A stretch of 64,000 bases of DNA from Arsukibacterium sp. (GTDB lineage Bacteria; Pseudomonadota; Gammaproteobacteria; Enterobacterales; Alteromonadaceae): NCBI RefSeq assembly GCF_033722355.1, contig NZ_JAWVZF010000001.1, positions 1,785 to 65,784 on the forward strand, read 5' to 3'. Every line of letters begins with the position of its first letter. Positions within the stretch are counted from its first letter, which is position 1. The notes below the pieces were generated by a model, which saw nothing but the letters and a program-made list of their open reading frames with translations, made no database searches and had not been told where the DNA came from. Both the position numbers and the translations under genes were made by a program. This document shows positions 60,706 through 64,000 of the stretch, one piece after another.

Positions 60706-61911
60706 TTAATCCTTTTGTTGATGCATGGCCCGGATCCGGCTGGCCAGACTATACAGTCTGATAAAGCCGGCAGCATCTTTCTGATCATAAACCTCATCAC
60801 CTTCAAAAGTGGCGAAGGCTTCAGAATACAGCGTATTTACCGAGCGACGTTTTGCCACAGTAACATTCCCTTTGAACAGCTTAATGACCACCTCTCCGGT
60901 TAACTGCCCTGCCAGTGAGGTTGCCGCAGCCAATAATGCATCTTTGAGCGGGGTAAACCAGCGACCGTCATACACCAGCTGAGCAAATTCCAGCGCGATC
61001 TCTTCCCGATATTTTAATGAACTGCGATCATAAACCAGCGCTTCCAACCCTTTTAGCCCCGCCAGCAATATTGTGCCGCCCGGGGTTTCATAGCAGCCAC
61101 GGGATTTCATACCCACCAGCCGGTTCTCAACAATATCAATCCGGCCAATGCCATGCTCTGATCCCAGCTCATTTAACAGTTCAATCGCGGCCACGCCGTC
61201 AAGCTTGCGGCCATCAACCTCGGTAAGCTGGCCCTTAGCAAATGTCAGGGCGACATAAGCGGGTGTATCCGGAGCCTGTTCAGGCGATTTCGTCCACATC
61301 CACACCTGCTCTGACGGTTCGCACCAGGGATCTTCCAGTTCGCCACCTTCGTGGGAAATGTGCCACAAATTCGCATCGCGGCTATAGATCTTAGTGGCTG
61401 AAGCAGTGGTAGGAACGTTCTTTTCTGCCAGATAATCCAGTAGTGATTGACGCGAATTAAACTGCCATTCACGCCACGGCGCAATCACTTTCAGTTGCGG
61501 GGCTAACGCGGCAAAACAGCTTTCAAACCGCACCTGGTCATTACCCTTACCGGTGCAGCCATGACATAACGCATCTGCACCGAGTTCCAGCGCCAGTTTA
61601 ACCTGGGCCCTGGCGATCACCGGCCGTGCCATCGAGGTTCCCAGCAGGTACTGCCCTTCATAAACAGCGCCGGTTTTTAAGGTCGGGAATATAACCTCAT
61701 TTACCAGCTCTTCTCTTAAATCAACAACATAGCAGCTGCTGGCGCCAGATTTAATCGCCTTTTGCTCAACGCCTGCCAGTTCGTCATCGCCCTGACCGAC
61801 ATTGGCAACAAAAGCGATAACTTCACAGTTATAGTTATCTTTTAACCATGGCACGATAGCCGATGTATCCAGCCCACCTGAATAAGCCAATACGACTTTT
61901 TTAACGCTCAT
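60706..61911 (-). CDS. argG: Argininosuccinate synthase
   Basis: [40 protein letters not shown]. Confidence 0.98.
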   Translation of the reverse strand: MSVKKVVLAYSGGLDTSAIVPWLKDNYNCEVIAFVANVGQGDDELAGVEQKAIKSGASSCYVVDLREELVNEVIFPTLKTGAVYEGQYLLGTSMARPVIARAQVKLALELGADALCHGCTGKGNDQVRFESCFAALAPQLKVIAPWREWQFNSRQSLLDYLAEKNVPTTASATKIYSRDANLWHISHEGGELEDPWCEPSEQVWMWTKSPEQAPDTPAYVALTFAKGQLTEVDGRKLDGVAAIELLNELGSEHGIGRIDIVENRLVGMKSRGCYETPGGTILLAGLKGLEALVYDRSSLKYREEIALEFAQLVYDGRWFTPLKDALLAAATSLAGQLTGEVVIKLFKGNVTVAKRRSVNTLYSEAFATFEGDEVYDQKDAAGFIRLYSLASRIRAMHQQKD

Positions 61912-61918
61912 TATTACC

Positions 61919-62833
61919 TCAACTAAATAAACTGACTAAAACGGCATTCTGAGCATGCATCCGGTTCTCAGCCTGCTGCAATACCAACGAATAATCACTG
62001 TCCAGTACTTCACTGGTTACTTCCTGCCCCCGGTGAGCCGGTAAGCAGTGCATAAAATGTTTTACTGCTAACCGCTGCATCGCCGCAGTATTAATCTGAT
62101 AGTCAGCAAATAGCTGACCTACCTGCTTCGGATCGGCTTTTGCACCCATCGACAACCAGGTGTCGGTATAGATTGCATCGACACCTGCTGCAGAAGATAA
62201 ATGCTGACTCAGTACCAGGTTGGCGCCACTTTTTGCTGCCAGCTGCTGCGCTTTTAGTAATACATGAGCATCAGGCCCAAAACCCGGCGGAGTGATGATG
62301 GTTAAATCCATGCCCATGATGGCAGCACCAAGCATTAACGAATGACAGACATTATTACCATCACCGACAAACGCCAGATGGACGTTACTGAGTTCACCAA
62401 ACTGTTCATGCAGTGTCAGTAAGTCGGCCAGTGCCTGGCAAGGATGATATAAATCACTCAGCGCATTAATCACCGGTTTTCTGCTACTGTGAGCCAGTTC
62501 AATCAGTGTTTTCTGACTGAAAACCCGGGCGACAATCGCATCGGTCCAGCAGGCCAGATTACTGCCAAAATCCTGCACTGACTCCCGCACGCCCATGGCA
62601 CCATTTTGCAGATCCAGATAGACACTATGCCCACCAAGCTTATTGATGCCGACATCAAAACTTACTCGGGTTCTAAGCGACGGCTTCTCGAACAGTAACG
62701 CAATACTTTTGCCGGCAAGCGCCGAGCGGTATTGTGCCGGATCCGCTTTAATCTCTGAGGCCAGAGTCAGAATATTGCTCAGTTGACTTTGGTCCAGATC
62801 GGTTAAGCACAGTAACTGGCTTAATTTACTCAT
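61919..62833 (-). CDS. argF: Ornithine carbamoyltransferase
   Basis: [37 protein letters not shown]. Confidence 0.95.
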   Translation of the reverse strand: MSKLSQLLCLTDLDQSQLSNILTLASEIKADPAQYRSALAGKSIALLFEKPSLRTRVSFDVGINKLGGHSVYLDLQNGAMGVRESVQDFGSNLACWTDAIVARVFSQKTLIELAHSSRKPVINALSDLYHPCQALADLLTLHEQFGELSNVHLAFVGDGNNVCHSLMLGAAIMGMDLTIITPPGFGPDAHVLLKAQQLAAKSGANLVLSQHLSSAAGVDAIYTDTWLSMGAKADPKQVGQLFADYQINTAAMQRLAVKHFMHCLPAHRGQEVTSEVLDSDYSLVLQQAENRMHAQNAVLVSLFS

Positions 62834-62896
62834 AACGCACGCTGTAATCCGCTAAGCGGTTTCCTCATAGGCCTGGTATCTGTCACCATGGCGGGT

Positions 62897-63667
62897 TTAA
62901 TATAAAATACAGGTGCCTACCGGCTCATCCTGCATCAGTTTTAATAAGTTTTCGGGCTGTTGCCAGCCTGCAACAATAATATTACGCTGCAGTGCCATAC
63001 CGGTTTCCAGCGCGGCATCCAGCTTGACTTTCATGCCACCTTTAATGACCCCGCTGGCCACCAGTTCTGCAGCAGCGGCCGGCGTAAGCTCTGCAATCAG
63101 CTGCATCTGACTGTCCAGAATACCCGGCACATCGGTCAGTAGTACCAGCTCGCCCTGAACCAGCTGACATATTGCAGCAGCAGCTAAATCAGCATTGACG
63201 TTCAGTAACTGGCCTTCACTGCCAATACCCACTGAGCTGAACACCGGGGTAAAATCCTGTTCCAGCAGCAGAGTAATCAGGCTGGCATCGTTGGCTTTCG
63301 CCAACCCAACCGCACCGAGCTTGTTGTTGACACTAAACTGCAAACTGTTCCCGGCCGATAAATTCAGGCCCACCGGATTTAAGCCCTGCAGCATGGCGCG
63401 ACTGACCAGCTCCGCATTTACCGCACCGTCCAAGGCACCGGTAATAACCGGCATCTGTTCAGGCGGTGATACCCGCTGGCCATCTATTTTTTCAGTGGTA
63501 AAACCAAACTTTGCCAGCCACTGATCAACCTGATCGCCCCCACCATGCACCAGCACTACAGGGCGCTGTTGTTTAAGCTGGCGGCAAACCGACAGCAACG
63601 CATCCAGCGCGGCACGCTCCTGCAGTAAACGGCCACCCATTTTTATTACCAGGGGTAAAGTCTTCAT
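62897..63667 (-). CDS. argB: Acetylglutamate kinase
   Basis: VIKMGG, VHGGG, NVNAD, LTDVPG, GGMKVK. Confidence 0.95.
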   Translation of the reverse strand: MKTLPLVIKMGGRLLQERAALDALLSVCRQLKQQRPVVLVHGGGDQVDQWLAKFGFTTEKIDGQRVSPPEQMPVITGALDGAVNAELVSRAMLQGLNPVGLNLSAGNSLQFSVNNKLGAVGLAKANDASLITLLLEQDFTPVFSSVGIGSEGQLLNVNADLAAAAICQLVQGELVLLTDVPGILDSQMQLIAELTPAAAAELVASGVIKGGMKVKLDAALETGMALQRNIIVAGWQQPENLLKLMQDEPVGTCILY

Positions 63668-64000
63668 GCTACTACTCCACTGAATAATCCGGCTGTTTCA
63701 GGTTTATTAAAACGGACATTGGCGGCCTGCACCGCTTGCGCTGCGGCACCTTTGAGCAGATTATCAATAGCAGAAACGACTACCAGCTGCTCACCATCCT
63801 GTTGCCAGTAGATATCGCAGTACGGCGTCCCTGCCACATCGGCGACATTGGGAGACTGACTGAGCAACCTGACCAACGGCTTATGCTGATACGCCGCGGT
63901 GAACGCCTGTTTAACCTGTTCCGGACTGACACCGGCTTTTAACGTGACGACGCTGGTCGCCAGAATACCGCGTTTAAAATTACCTAAATGTGGGGTAAAT
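63664..64000 (-). CDS. argC: N-acetyl-gamma-glutamyl-phosphate reductase, 3' part (runs off the window)
   Basis: Open frame from the window edge reads FTPHLGNFKRGILAT...VAGTPYCDI...AIDNLLKGAAAQAVQ. Confidence 0.95.
   Translation of the reverse strand, partial: FTPHLGNFKRGILATSVVTLKAGVSPEQVKQAFTAAYQHKPLVRLLSQSPNVADVAGTPYCDIYWQQDGEQLVVVSAIDNLLKGAAAQAVQAANVRFNKPETAGLFSGVVA

Noticed and set aside
61919-62833. SLRT motif suggesting an N-acetyl- or N-succinyl-ornithine transcarbamylase
   Set aside because: The SMG loop (DTWLSMG) and HPCQ are retained, as in ordinary OTCases of this lineage

Overview
64 kb of a gammaproteobacterial chromosome. Gene order and protein style suggest the Alteromonadales/Chromatiaceae Rheinheimera-Arsukibacterium-Alishewanella group (inference). 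Most of the window is conserved core: xseA; the trmJ-cysE-iscRSUA-hscBA-fdx-ndk-rlmN-pilW-rodZ-ispG-hisS-yfgM-bamB-der array; purD; prkB/speD/osmC; astC-astA-astD; pabA, trpS, rpe; pilMNOPQ-aroK-aroB-damX-dam; mrcA; and argC(partial)-argB-argF-argG-argH. I saw no tRNA, rRNA, CRISPR array, IS or integrase. An accessory block of about 12 kb lies between xseA and der: TonB-dependent receptor, ChaC-type gamma-glutamylcyclotransferase, an HhH-GPD-like protein, two DUF2795-like proteins, an RND pump pair and a Lys/Arg/Orn decarboxylase. The best candidate for an undescribed system is at 4579-6821. One protein there has a canonical eukaryote-type C2H2 zinc finger followed by two DUF2795-like repeats. 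Its operon partner fuses an unknown ~270-aa domain to a third copy of the repeat. Both carry a KGG-like linker, and the pair converges on an Fe-S-less HhH-GPD protein. Other highlights: a PilW pilotin extended by a 15-bp tandem-repeat coiled coil and two LysM domains; tandem NtrC-like boxes plus a sigma54-like promoter before a TorF-family porin; tandem IscR boxes; crp, suhB, gph, iscX and purH missing from their usual positions; and a 19-codon bridging mini-ORF between argB and argF. All family assignments come from motif recognition, not database searches.
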